Shown here piece after piece: positions 27,846 through 37,423 of a stretch of DNA of 64,000 bases. The stretch covers positions 7,303 through 71,302 of the IMG/VR virus record IMGVR_UViG_3300017759_002599. One strand, 5' to 3'. The DNA is from a virus. A model generated the notes under the pieces. The model made no database searches. It was given only the letters and a program-made list of their open reading frames with translations, and was not told where the DNA came from. Position 1 is the stretch's first letter; each line of letters begins with the position of its first letter. Made by a program: the position numbers and the translations under genes.

Positions 27846-27865
27846 CTCTTTGCCGACTTATAAAG
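27846..27865 (-). promoter_or_regulatory. Early promoter repeat copy
   Basis: ctctttgccgacttataaag. Confidence 0.75.
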
Positions 27866-27909
27866 CAAACAGCCCAATGTAGCGTTTTTCCTCGGATGTG
27901 CGCCTTGCG

Positions 27910-28290
27910 TATGAGCATAGCACAAAGGCATAGCGTGGACGTAGGAAGGCAGGGTTTCGTATGCAACACCCATATGGGTTGGGTTCAAGGGACGCTATTC
28001 ATGGGGGCTTGCGTATAACGAGGTGTTATGCTATAGGCGTGGGTAATGAGTCGCCGTCATAGCACGTATGCGTGCTATGCGTAGGCGAGGGGCGAGAGCC
28101 GTACGCTATGCCCCCACCTCCGCCCACGCAAGTACCCCGTTCTATAGACCGTGGCACTGCGCCATAGCACAGACCCATAGCACGACCCATAGCACACCCC
28201 TTAGGCGGAGGCATAGCATAGCATAAACCCATAGCACTTCTTTTAGTCACGCACACCTTTCCGAGAAAAAAAATTTCAAACAAAATTTTT
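27910..28290. repeat. CATAGCA(C) repeat array at the strand switch
   Basis: CCATAGCAC at 28162, 28175, 28187, 28229; catagcatagcat at 28212; inverted pair 28058-28079; A/T tract follows. Confidence 0.8.
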
Positions 28291-28314
28291 ATGGTGAAAC
28301 TACCTCCCAATACC

Positions 28315-28593
28315 ATGAGCCAGTCATTTGACATAGCATGGTCTATGTTGAAACAAGACTTCCGTGAGGCAATGGAGTCGCAAGTAGACCCACAGGGTCA
28401 ATTGGCGCAAGCATTGGCTATGGCTCGACAGCAGGAACCGGCTCCACCTATCCAGTTTGCACCAAGACTACCGCAACCTCAAACAATGCCTCAAGACCCA
28501 CGTCAAACAACCCTACCGCCTGAATTTATTGGTGATGCAACTGTAGGTCGTGACTTCAGTCAAGCCTTGCAAAACATCAAACCAAAGCGGTGA
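28315..28593 (+). CDS. Small late protein with FDIAWSMLK tag
   Basis: MSQSFDIAWSMLKQ; TTTTTATG about 25 nt upstream. Confidence 0.7.
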   Translation: MSQSFDIAWSMLKQDFREAMESQVDPQGQLAQALAMARQQEPAPPIQFAPRLPQPQTMPQDPRQTTLPPEFIGDATVGRDFSQALQNIKPKR

Positions 28594-28597
28594 ACGA

Positions 28598-29356
28598 ATG
28601 AACGCCTTTGACATTGCTTGGTCTTTGCTCAAAGAAGACGACACAATGGAATACGGTGAACAAGCAGTAAGTCGGCAAAGAGTGTTACCAAGAGGTGGCT
28701 CGTCTTTTATGCCTGTGCTTGCTGATTCAGCAGAAATCATAGACAGGGAATTTGCGGAAGGTTTAGCACAACGAATGGACACAAGCCCACCTAAAACACC
28801 AACAAGAGTTGTACGTGGTCGTGAAGGTAATTGGGGTGATGAATACACTCTTGAAGATGATGAAAGAAAAGAATACTCAAGACTAAGCGGGATGATAAGA
28901 AATCCCGAAGAAATGAATGAGCGTCGAAGAGTATCAACTGCAAATCCAACATTATCAAGCCTAATGGCTGAAACACAAAGTAATGAACGACGCAAAGGGC
29001 ATTATGAAAAACTGTTAAACACAATATTGCAAAACAACATGAACATTCATTCAACTTCAAGAAACTATGCATCTAAACCATTTCATCAAAAATTTCAACG
29101 TCGTTTAGCACCAAATATTGAAATGCATACACGGTACAATAGTGTTGGGCGACCGGAATTTGTTTACATGAAAGACCCGATAAAAGACTCAAAACAACAA
29201 TCAGTACGTAACGTACAAGGTTGGGGTGACTTACAACCCGACTACAATACGTTACCAATGGTCGATTTTCAAGATACAATCAAGCCACGATTAAGTAATT
29301 CGTTTAAACAACAGTATGATACAAGGCAAACAAGGCTTGACGACTTCGGTCAATAG
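28598..29356 (+). CDS. Tagged late protein with GNAT-like segment and C-terminal PIP box
   Basis: MNAFDIAWSLLK; ERRKGHYEKLL...SKPFHQKF; ends QTRLDDFGQ. Confidence 0.75.
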   Translation: MNAFDIAWSLLKEDDTMEYGEQAVSRQRVLPRGGSSFMPVLADSAEIIDREFAEGLAQRMDTSPPKTPTRVVRGREGNWGDEYTLEDDERKEYSRLSGMIRNPEEMNERRRVSTANPTLSSLMAETQSNERRKGHYEKLLNTILQNNMNIHSTSRNYASKPFHQKFQRRLAPNIEMHTRYNSVGRPEFVYMKDPIKDSKQQSVRNVQGWGDLQPDYNTLPMVDFQDTIKPRLSNSFKQQYDTRQTRLDDFGQ

Positions 29357-29934
29357 AACAATTGCTGTGGTTGAAACAACGGTTCTTCCGTTTTCTCGTC
29401 TTCCGTTTCCGATAAACGGCGAATAATGTCTTCTGTAAACGGTGTTGTGTTGTGAACAAGCGTTTCGTCTTTGTTATCAACAATAACGTGGTCATTATCA
29501 AGCGTTTTGATGGTGTCACGCAACTCTTCACTTAGTGCAGTTGGTAGTTGCAGTGTACCTTTGAGAAGTCGAAGGTCGTCAAGTACGCCTCGCAACTGCT
29601 TTTGCATGGTTTCTGACCCTTGTTTTGCTTTTTCAGCCATTTGCATAGAGCGATTTTGTTGGTCTGATTTTTGTTGTTGGCGCATTTGGTCTTGATGCTG
29701 ACTTCTTTGTTGTGATAAAGCGGCTAAAGATAAACCTGTTTTGGTTTTGTCTTCAACCATTTTAGCCCCTACTTTTTTTGCACCTTCTTTAAGAGCACCA
29801 GCACCAGCACGAGCAACGTTTGCAGCACCAGTAGCAAGTGCTCTTGCACCTGTGGCAGTTGCTACTTTACCTGCTATTCCAACTAAAGGTGCTAACAATG
29901 GTAACGCTTTGACCACCAATACCTTGTCGCCCAT
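29350..29934 (-). CDS. Hypothetical protein with Ala/Gly-rich amphipathic N-terminal region
   Basis: VLVVKA followed by LPLLAPLVGIAGKVATATGARALA. Confidence 0.7.
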   Translation of the reverse strand: MGDKVLVVKALPLLAPLVGIAGKVATATGARALATGAANVARAGAGALKEGAKKVGAKMVEDKTKTGLSLAALSQQRSQHQDQMRQQQKSDQQNRSMQMAEKAKQGSETMQKQLRGVLDDLRLLKGTLQLPTALSEELRDTIKTLDNDHVIVDNKDETLVHNTTPFTEDIIRRLSETEDEKTEEPLFQPQQLFY

Positions 29935-29985
29935 GCCAGTCGTAGACATCGGTATTTCTAAATTGTATCGTTACCTCGCACGAGT

Positions 29986-31656
29986 ATGGTCGGAGCGAAG
30001 CCTGTACTTGTTCGCAAGCAACAGGCTCGTCTTAGTGACTTTTATCCAGTCACATTGCCTGAAGTACAAACAGCAACACAACAAATGCAAAACATACCTG
30101 CAACAACTCAAACCAAAGCAAGCAGTTGGCATCAGCATAACGAAGATTTAGAAAATAACGATGGAAACATCACAAATGTAAATCAAATTTATTATGAACC
30201 AAGAGAAGGATATTTTCCTGAAGTTTCTCCACTGTCGGCTGAACAGCAATTAAACATGCATCTTGACGAGTTGCGAGCAAAAACCGAAAACCCTGAAGAT
30301 ATTGTACAACAATTCATTGAAGACATGCGTAATGAAAAAAATGTTCACAATGTTCCTCGTAAATTGAGAGAACGTACAGAAAATGAACTATTGCGTAATT
30401 TACGTCCGTTACCTGTAAGCGAAGTAAACGAAAAATTTGGTCGTATACGATTTCCAAGTAAAGAGTTTGCTAATGAAAACATACCTGAAAATATGGTTGA
30501 TAGTTTGCGTCGTACTAAGCAATTCCGTGATTACTTTGGCCGTCAAACTACGTTGCCTGAACATTTTCCCTCATATCATACCGAAGATTGGCTTGACCCT
30601 GAAACCGGATTGGTGCGTGAAGGCGCAATAGCCCCTGTAACGGCTGTGCGTCGTGCAAATAGTCGTGACATTATGGGTGGTATGGCGCAAACGGGTGGTG
30701 GATTGATACCGCTTCCAAACAGTAGCAATGAAAGTTTTGAAAATCGAAATTCGGGTCGTCGCCCTATGCTTATGCAATCACAAAACCCACCCCTTGAACA
30801 CTTCCAAAGTGGGTACTTTTTGACTACACCATATGTTGCTGATTTAGACAGGTCTGTTACAGTCCACGATACAGATGCACTTATTGGGGTTCGTGGATTT
30901 GGAGCACCGAGTGGTGATGTATTCCAAGCACGTCCAGCAGGTGAGGCAAAAGAGGGCGCAACGGAAGCCGTTGTACACAGTCGTATAGCCCCTGAACGGC
31001 TTGTACCTCTTCGATACAATGATTCGTATCAAAATTTGATAAGAGGAGATGAAAATAGTAAACCAAGTTTTCTTACGCTTAATGACATAAGAAATTTCTT
31101 TCGACCAAAAACATCACAGGATTTTCGTCAAGCCATAGGTCGAGAAAAAGATGATACAATATCACGTAATCAAAAATTTGACTACATTCGTGACCATTTA
31201 CCGTTTATGCAGTTTGCTCCCCCTGAATTTAATGAAATGGTCGATAGGCATGGAATGCCGGCTGCGCTTACAGACGATGAAAAAAATCGTTTTTTAGAAG
31301 CAATGGAAGAAGAAGATAACAATTATCATAGAGATATGACAAATAAAAAACGTAAATTAGGAAATAAACTTGCCCTGATACGAAACTTGGGAGCAACTGA
31401 TTGGTGGGACAGACCAGATAAGGGAGATGTGCTTACACTACGTGACCTAACCTTACCTTCAATATGGGGTGACCCAATGGCGGCATTGGCAAACGCACCA
31501 CCACACACTAAGGATGCACTTATTGAATTGTTCAACCACAGATTTAATACCAATTACCCAACCAACAAAAAATTGAAAGAAATGGAAGAATCAATAATGC
31601 CTACCATTCCAAAAAAGAAGACACAATTTGAAGAACTAAATGAATTATTTGGATGA
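29986..31656 (+). CDS. Late protein with PIP box and possible ADP-ribosyltransferase-like module
   Basis: VLVRK-QQARLSDFY; AVRR..GGLIP..GYFLT..LIGVR..EAVVHSRIAPERLV. Confidence 0.7.
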   Translation: MVGAKPVLVRKQQARLSDFYPVTLPEVQTATQQMQNIPATTQTKASSWHQHNEDLENNDGNITNVNQIYYEPREGYFPEVSPLSAEQQLNMHLDELRAKTENPEDIVQQFIEDMRNEKNVHNVPRKLRERTENELLRNLRPLPVSEVNEKFGRIRFPSKEFANENIPENMVDSLRRTKQFRDYFGRQTTLPEHFPSYHTEDWLDPETGLVREGAIAPVTAVRRANSRDIMGGMAQTGGGLIPLPNSSNESFENRNSGRRPMLMQSQNPPLEHFQSGYFLTTPYVADLDRSVTVHDTDALIGVRGFGAPSGDVFQARPAGEAKEGATEAVVHSRIAPERLVPLRYNDSYQNLIRGDENSKPSFLTLNDIRNFFRPKTSQDFRQAIGREKDDTISRNQKFDYIRDHLPFMQFAPPEFNEMVDRHGMPAALTDDEKNRFLEAMEEEDNNYHRDMTNKKRKLGNKLALIRNLGATDWWDRPDKGDVLTLRDLTLPSIWGDPMAALANAPPHTKDALIELFNHRFNTNYPTNKKLKEMEESIMPTIPKKKTQFEELNELFG

Positions 31657-33983
31657 GTGATACAATGTTTACAAATTGGAATCGTAAAGCAAACAAAGAA
31701 ACTCGTTTGAATCCGTTATCTATAGATGACATTGATGCTCTTACCATAGCCACATTGCATGGTATGGGTACAACGCCTGAACAATTTCGAGATAATGTAA
31801 AGCAAGACGTGACTGAAGATGCGATGAAGCAAGGCGAAGCGATTATGCGTAGAAATCCAAAAGTGCAAATGCCTGATTCGCATTTTAAATTGCAAGGTGC
31901 TCAAGAGCAACAAATGATGGACGATTTAGAACTTCAAATTCCTGAATTTAAATTTAATGAACAACAAGCCAAAACAGCAGGTGGATTGCGAGAAATGGAA
32001 CGTAATCAAGCAGTAGAACGAGCACGTAACGCATACAAAAAAACATACAAAGACCACGTTATGCAAGCCTTTGACAAGCACAAAGCCTTCATGCAAAGTC
32101 TTGGTAACCAACCAATGAGTGCTCAAGAGTTTATGCAACATCCAAAAGTGCCTTCCTTTACTGATTATTACAAGCAAGTACAAGAAGGCACAGCACCCGG
32201 TTCGGAATACGCCGACGAACATCCGTTTGCATTGACGCACCCTGATGAGTTTACGGAGCAACTAAACCAATCAAGAGAGAACAATCCCTATGGACAATTT
32301 TTTGCTGATTACGATGAAATGCGTCACATGACACCATTCATCCCCGTCATCACAGGCGAGCCAATGGACTTGGCAATGGACACCTTGCTTAAGTTCCAAA
32401 GTGCCGCACAGCGTCGTATTTACAATCAAATACCATTTGCCGAAGAAGTGGGAAGTATAGATGATGTTGTTGCAATGCGAAATATACCAGTGCGTCGTTT
32501 GGAAAGTGGTGGTATGCCGTCATTTAACATGCCAGTGCCACTTCGTGGTAATCGACCCGGTGACCCATTACAATTTGAACGTGACATTCATGCAAAAGGC
32601 GGTGCAACTATACCCGGTTTTACACCCGATTATGAAATACCTGATGACCCTCGTAAAGAAATTCAAGGGACATTTGTATATCCATTAGATGTTTCATCAT
32701 TAGCACCTGAACGATTCACATCAAGTGGTAATCCTGATTTTTTATCAACAGGTTATCCTGATATGAATAGAGGTATAGGTGATACTGTTACATTGGGCAT
32801 ACTTGAAAAACCTGAATGGCGTGCAGGTCAAGCACATGGAAGAAGCCAACCTGAAGGGTATCAACCATTTGGTTTTGACAAAGATGCATTTGTGCGTTTA
32901 GATGGTGGCTTAGGTGTAAGCGCAGTTGGTCCTCGTGAAGAGTGGAGCGCATTAGCCCGACGACTTTCACCTGCATTTGCAGAACCAAAAATTGGTGATG
33001 AAGCACTCCATCTGTATGACTACCCCGCACTTTACAGAACATTATCAAAACTTCCTGTTACCACAACTGCAAGTAATCGTAACCCTTTGACTGGATATAA
33101 ACCTACAAACATAGATTTTCTTCTTGACCGCATGGGCGGTGCAAGGGTGGTGACTGGTGAACCAATGGACTTGGCAATAGATGCGTTGCTTAAGCGTGAC
33201 AAGATATATGACCCCAATGCTGAAAACAAAGGTCAAGAAGGAGTTGACTGGCATCCCGGTGAAGAAGGAGTTGATTGGGATTCAGCAGTTTCATCATCAC
33301 TTCATCCGAGTCATGATTTAACACAAAGGCATCCTTTTGACTATGATATGCACGAGTACGACCATCATGCTCAAAAATTACTCAACCTTATGCGAAACCG
33401 TGATGTTGCACACCTTCAAAATAATGAAAATCCAATGACCGAAGATGAGCAATTTGATTTAATGGATGCACAACAAAAATTACAGGCTTCTATTCCTAAA
33501 AATACACATTTTCCAAGTATTCAAAATGCCGTTGGATATGATAAAGACGGAAACAAGATAAGCACATTTGGTGACGGAAGACCAAAGTTTAACGAAGGTT
33601 CTCCACGCTATCAAGAACTAATTGGTGATAGACCAACAGTTCCTATTCACACAGAAGGTTCTTTTTACGGAGTTCCATTCAATGAGAAAACAGGCTTTAC
33701 CCGTAGCGAACCAATGGCATTAGCAATAGACGCATTGCTCAAAGACCTGTCACCTGAAGCCAAGCGTCACAAGTTGGAGTACGACAAGAAGTACGAGTCC
33801 AGTCCTGAACGAGTCAAGTATCGAGAGGAGTTGAACCGTGAGCGACGGCGACGTGGTATCTACGGCAGTGGCGACCACATGGACGTGTCGCATACAGAAG
33901 GTGGCAAACTAACACTGGAATCTGAACACGACAATCGAGCAAGGCATTTTAAGGACAAAGGGACACTACGACCCAGTGATTGA
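31653..33983 (+). CDS. Modular polyprotein with three EPMxLAxDxLLK linkers and a C-terminal HNH-like module
   Basis: Linkers at 32352, 33153, 33702; YREELNRERR..GDHMDVSH..ESEHDNRAR. Confidence 0.85.
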   Translation: MSDTMFTNWNRKANKETRLNPLSIDDIDALTIATLHGMGTTPEQFRDNVKQDVTEDAMKQGEAIMRRNPKVQMPDSHFKLQGAQEQQMMDDLELQIPEFKFNEQQAKTAGGLREMERNQAVERARNAYKKTYKDHVMQAFDKHKAFMQSLGNQPMSAQEFMQHPKVPSFTDYYKQVQEGTAPGSEYADEHPFALTHPDEFTEQLNQSRENNPYGQFFADYDEMRHMTPFIPVITGEPMDLAMDTLLKFQSAAQRRIYNQIPFAEEVGSIDDVVAMRNIPVRRLESGGMPSFNMPVPLRGNRPGDPLQFERDIHAKGGATIPGFTPDYEIPDDPRKEIQGTFVYPLDVSSLAPERFTSSGNPDFLSTGYPDMNRGIGDTVTLGILEKPEWRAGQAHGRSQPEGYQPFGFDKDAFVRLDGGLGVSAVGPREEWSALARRLSPAFAEPKIGDEALHLYDYPALYRTLSKLPVTTTASNRNPLTGYKPTNIDFLLDRMGGARVVTGEPMDLAIDALLKRDKIYDPNAENKGQEGVDWHPGEEGVDWDSAVSSSLHPSHDLTQRHPFDYDMHEYDHHAQKLLNLMRNRDVAHLQNNENPMTEDEQFDLMDAQQKLQASIPKNTHFPSIQNAVGYDKDGNKISTFGDGRPKFNEGSPRYQELIGDRPTVPIHTEGSFYGVPFNEKTGFTRSEPMALAIDALLKDLSPEAKRHKLEYDKKYESSPERVKYREELNRERRRRGIYGSGDHMDVSHTEGGKLTLESEHDNRARHFKDKGTLRPSD

Positions 33984-34482
33984 TATGACACCAATGCAAG
34001 AGGCTTGGTTGTTGTTGAAGATGCCTATTGTTGATAATTCTATACAACAAACAAGTGATAATCGTTTTGAAGCACAATTTCGTGACCCAAAAACAAACAA
34101 AATTTATCCTATGATTGCAGAAGAAAACCCAAAATACGGAGTAATGAATGTAGGTATTTATCCATCACAGCCGACAATTTTAGGCACTCCTACGGCTCTT
34201 GATGCAATGGATTTAACAGATGATGACATAAATGATGATGTAATAGATTCACTCGGTCTTGGATTATCCAATGCTGAATTAAGTGTAGCCGACCGTTATG
34301 GCGATGGGCATGATTCAGACAACTATTGGGAATCAAATATGACGTGGACGCATCCTCTACACAGAAGACGTGGATATGCTACAGCGTTGTATGATTTAAT
34401 AAATCAAATCAGTCCTCATCAAATAAGACCAAGTGATAATCAATCTGATGAAGGAAAATTGTTTTGGTCTAAAAAGAGGTGA
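33976..34482 (+). CDS. Tagged GNAT-family acetyltransferase
   Basis: PMQEAWLLLK-MPIVD; THPLHRRRGYATALY...QSDEGKLFW. Confidence 0.8.
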   Translation: MIDMTPMQEAWLLLKMPIVDNSIQQTSDNRFEAQFRDPKTNKIYPMIAEENPKYGVMNVGIYPSQPTILGTPTALDAMDLTDDDINDDVIDSLGLGLSNAELSVADRYGDGHDSDNYWESNMTWTHPLHRRRGYATALYDLINQISPHQIRPSDNQSDEGKLFWSKKR

Positions 34483-34487
34483 AAACA

Positions 34488-34643
34488 ATGACACGATGTA
34501 AGATGCTTGACGAATGGTTTGACGACGAATCAAAGCGTATTGATTCTATAGAAGCGAAGACTGGGATTGAATTTGTAACTGGAAAGCCAAAGTCAAAAAA
34601 GTCACTTTGGTCACGTTGGTCAAAGTTATGGTCATTCAAATGA
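34488..34643 (+). CDS. Small protein with amphipathic Trp/Lys C-terminus (not in ORF track)
   Basis: GAGGTGA RBS; MTRCKMLDEWFD...SLWSRWSKLWSFK. Confidence 0.55.
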   Translation: MTRCKMLDEWFDDESKRIDSIEAKTGIEFVTGKPKSKKSLWSRWSKLWSFK

Positions 34644-34760
34644 GTACTACTCTTAATTATTATATAATTGTAGTACCTATGAATAAATGACTATTGTATT
34701 GGTCAATTTAATGACTATACCTGTGAATAAAGTGAATAAAGCGGTAAAGTGACCATAGCG
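34641..34760. other. Non-coding element B, related to element A
   Basis: gtactac-(AT core)-gtagtac; blocks shared with 26295-26476. Confidence 0.6.
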
Positions 34761-34802
34761 AAACGTTTATGTTGCCCATTAATTTGACCAACAGTGAGAA
34801 CG

Positions 34803-35330
34803 ATGCAGGGCAGTACTGAAAATTCGGACGCTGAAATACGACTGATGGGACTTATTTTGTCGCAATCCGCACTGGTTGGATTAGCAATTGGTATCTTTGA
34901 CAAGGACATTTGGCTTAACCACGACGACCCAATGGTAAACGGTTTTACCTACGCAATGGCTGCATTTTTTGTACAAGGTATTGCATATTATTTCTTCAAG
35001 ATGTTCTTTGAACAGAACATGCAAGAGCGTGTACGTATACAACAATCCGAGCGACAACGCCAAACTCGATACCGTTCATTGCAAACCAACTTCGATAACC
35101 GTCGTGCCGACATGGAGTTGCGTATGCAAGAAGCGCAACTTGAACGTGAACTGCGATGGATGGAAGAAAACCCCGGTAAGATGCCTCCATCATGGGGCGT
35201 ACAAGGTGGCTCCCCTTCATTGGTAAGCCAGTACGATGAAAATCAACTCAATGTATATCCTCCAAAACACGAGGCTATTGTAGATAAACCAATTAACTTG
35301 GGTATCAAAGAGGAAGAAAAGAAAGAGTGA
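34803..35330 (+). CDS. Membrane protein (2 TM helices and coiled coil)
   Basis: LMGLILSQSALVGLAIGIF and FTYAMAAFFVQGIAYYFF, followed by a charged helix. Confidence 0.8.
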   Translation: MQGSTENSDAEIRLMGLILSQSALVGLAIGIFDKDIWLNHDDPMVNGFTYAMAAFFVQGIAYYFFKMFFEQNMQERVRIQQSERQRQTRYRSLQTNFDNRRADMELRMQEAQLERELRWMEENPGKMPPSWGVQGGSPSLVSQYDENQLNVYPPKHEAIVDKPINLGIKEEEKKE

Positions 35331-35341
35331 GGTGAACCCGC

Positions 35342-35596
35342 ATGGGTCGCATATTCAAAACGCCAAGTGATGACAGCACCGAAGCCACACTTCGTGCCAT
35401 GCATACGCAAAACACACTTGACAATTATTACGAAAAAGGTTGGGGATGGCTTCGTACCTTACTGTTTACTTTATTTGCTATTTTAGCAACAAGCCTGTGG
35501 GAAAAACAAACAGATGCATCGGTATGGGACAACACCGTAAACTGGTTTGTAGGTAAAGTTGAAGACTTTGGTAACTGGGTTTTGGGGCTGTTCTAA
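35342..35596 (+). CDS. Small membrane protein
   Basis: GWLRTLLFTLFAILATSLW TM helix; amphipathic C-terminus; GAGGTGA RBS. Confidence 0.8.
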   Translation: MGRIFKTPSDDSTEATLRAMHTQNTLDNYYEKGWGWLRTLLFTLFAILATSLWEKQTDASVWDNTVNWFVGKVEDFGNWVLGLF

Positions 35597-36312
35597 TGGT
35601 AGACCCCGCAGGTTCAGCATTGGTCGGTGTCATGGTATGGGGTCAAGCCCTATACAACTCATGGCGACCACGACGTGTTGGAATCTATGGTGCTGGTATG
35701 GTTGGAAAGACAACGCTTGACCGTTTTATGACAACGCCCGGCGAAATGGAAGACATATCTGAAGAAGAACGAACTATGCATCGTAAAATGCTTGGTAAGT
35801 ACAAAATGCCAAAACCAACACGTAAGCGTGTAAGTTGGAAAGGACACAAGCGGGTTGTGTACTCTTCCGATGTAGGTGGACAGGAGCGTTTTTGGAATCT
35901 TTGGATTGATGATATGGTTAATCGACAAGTTGAAGCGGTAGTTTACATGTTTGATGACCGAGCATTCAAAGGTGGTAATGACGCATTGCAACAAATTGCA
36001 GGTTTCAAATTCCTTGTTGATGCCATTCTTAATCGACAATACCGTTATCGTAACTGGAAAGCCCGACGTAAAGGTAAGAAGTACATGCCTAAACTGATTA
36101 TGTTGGTTGCAAACAAGGCTGACCGCTTTTTCGATGACACTGCCGCAATGTTATGGCAACAAGACCGTATAGGTGAACACAAGATATTCGACCCATTTCG
36201 AGATGATTTAATACGACTGCAACGTGGAGGTATACCTACACGACGGTCGTTTATGGCTACAAGAATAGGGTGGAACGTTGAAAACACAATGGTCGATTTA
36301 TTGACAGCATAG
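35596..36312 (+). CDS. Ras-superfamily (Arf/Rab-like) small GTPase
   Basis: G1 GAGMVGKT, G2 T (ERT), G3 DVGGQERFWNLW, AVVYMFD, G4 VANKAD, G5-like FMATRIGWNV; hydrophobic N-terminal helix. Confidence 0.92.
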   Translation: MVDPAGSALVGVMVWGQALYNSWRPRRVGIYGAGMVGKTTLDRFMTTPGEMEDISEEERTMHRKMLGKYKMPKPTRKRVSWKGHKRVVYSSDVGGQERFWNLWIDDMVNRQVEAVVYMFDDRAFKGGNDALQQIAGFKFLVDAILNRQYRYRNWKARRKGKKYMPKLIMLVANKADRFFDDTAAMLWQQDRIGEHKIFDPFRDDLIRLQRGGIPTRRSFMATRIGWNVENTMVDLLTA

Positions 36313-36320
36313 GTGAGAGC

Positions 36321-36485
36321 ATGACAAAAACAAACATTACGTCTGTAGGAAACAAAACACAAAGTCTACGTACGGTTATTCCGTTGTGGATTGTAAAAGT
36401 CTTGAAACTGTCAAAGGGTGACAAGATTGAATGGGATGTTGATGTACACAACAGTACGATTGAAATTAAGAAGGTGAAAGAATGA
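36321..36485 (+). CDS. AbrB/MazE-like DNA-binding protein (not in ORF track)
   Basis: MTKTNITSVGNKTQSLRTVIPLWIVKVLKLSKGDKIEWDV...IEIKKV; GGTGA RBS. Confidence 0.8.
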   Translation: MTKTNITSVGNKTQSLRTVIPLWIVKVLKLSKGDKIEWDVDVHNSTIEIKKVKE

Positions 36486-37423
36486 GAATGGTGTTCGATA
36501 ACAACACAGGAATGCAACGATTGGGTAGTTCAAATGAAGCACACTTGTATGCACTTAGCCAACAGGGTAATGAATCGTTGAATTATGCTACACTTATGGA
36601 GCAAGCCACTGCACAATCGGCTATGCAACAAATTGCATCGGAGCAAAACCTTGAAGTTCCAAAAGTCAATTTTTATCCATCACGTCATCCTGACCCACAC
36701 AAAGCACGACGCAAAGATATTCGTCAAGCACGTAAGTTACTTTCACCAGCAAAACGTGCATGGTTCAATCCTATGCGATGGTTGTTTGGACAAAAGTACC
36801 GATACGACCGTCAAGCCAGTATGTGTGTTGTTGATGGATGCGACTGTGCGAAACTGATTCAACACGACAATTTGTACGCAAAAATTACTGATGAAGAAAC
36901 AGGATATTCATTATGGCAATTGTATTGGCAAAATCCTGTTACAAAAGAAGCCGAAGCGTTTGTTGCAAAAGAAAAAGTCATGAATGGACGTAAAATGAAA
37001 GGTACATACTGTCCTGAACATTTGCATTTGTATCATCTTCTCAACAGATGGGAAGCCGAAGAAGACAAGTTACGTGAAGCAAATCCACGTCGTCTACGTG
37101 ACCGTGTAAAGAAAGGCGTGTCGATGGTGACTGTACCTGTTGCTACCATTAAGAAAAAAGACCCAACGCCTGAATTTTTGCAAAAGTACGAAGAGTTTTT
37201 TGCTATGCTTGAAAAAGACAGCAAAAGCACAAAAGGTATTTCAATTCTTAATTATGAAAATCCCGTTACTGGAATGAATGATGTAACAATGATTGTGTTT
37301 GACTTGCGAATTTTTCAACAAGAGTTGGCTATGATGAACCAACCAACCCCTGCTTTTCAAACAATTCTGAATCAACAGGTGCAACAAAACACTCTTGAAG
37401 AAGTACAACTTGGGGGAGAGTGA
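36482..37423 (+). CDS. Hypothetical protein with C/H metal site
   Basis: CVVDGC...YCPEH; amphipathic RAWFNPMRWLF. Confidence 0.75.
   Translation: MRMVFDNNTGMQRLGSSNEAHLYALSQQGNESLNYATLMEQATAQSAMQQIASEQNLEVPKVNFYPSRHPDPHKARRKDIRQARKLLSPAKRAWFNPMRWLFGQKYRYDRQASMCVVDGCDCAKLIQHDNLYAKITDEETGYSLWQLYWQNPVTKEAEAFVAKEKVMNGRKMKGTYCPEHLHLYHLLNRWEAEEDKLREANPRRLRDRVKKGVSMVTVPVATIKKKDPTPEFLQKYEEFFAMLEKDSKSTKGISILNYENPVTGMNDVTMIVFDLRIFQQELAMMNQPTPAFQTILNQQVQQNTLEEVQLGGE

Noticed and set aside
3974-27865. The 20-bp repeat or the 14943-15087 repeat as a CRISPR array
   Set aside because: Copies are dispersed kilobases apart, or are only two degenerate 60-bp units; no regular spacers and no cas genes.
28026-28334. 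102-aa minus-strand ORF with AMGLCY repeats
   Set aside because: The peptide repeats come from the CATAGCAC DNA array; no expression signals.
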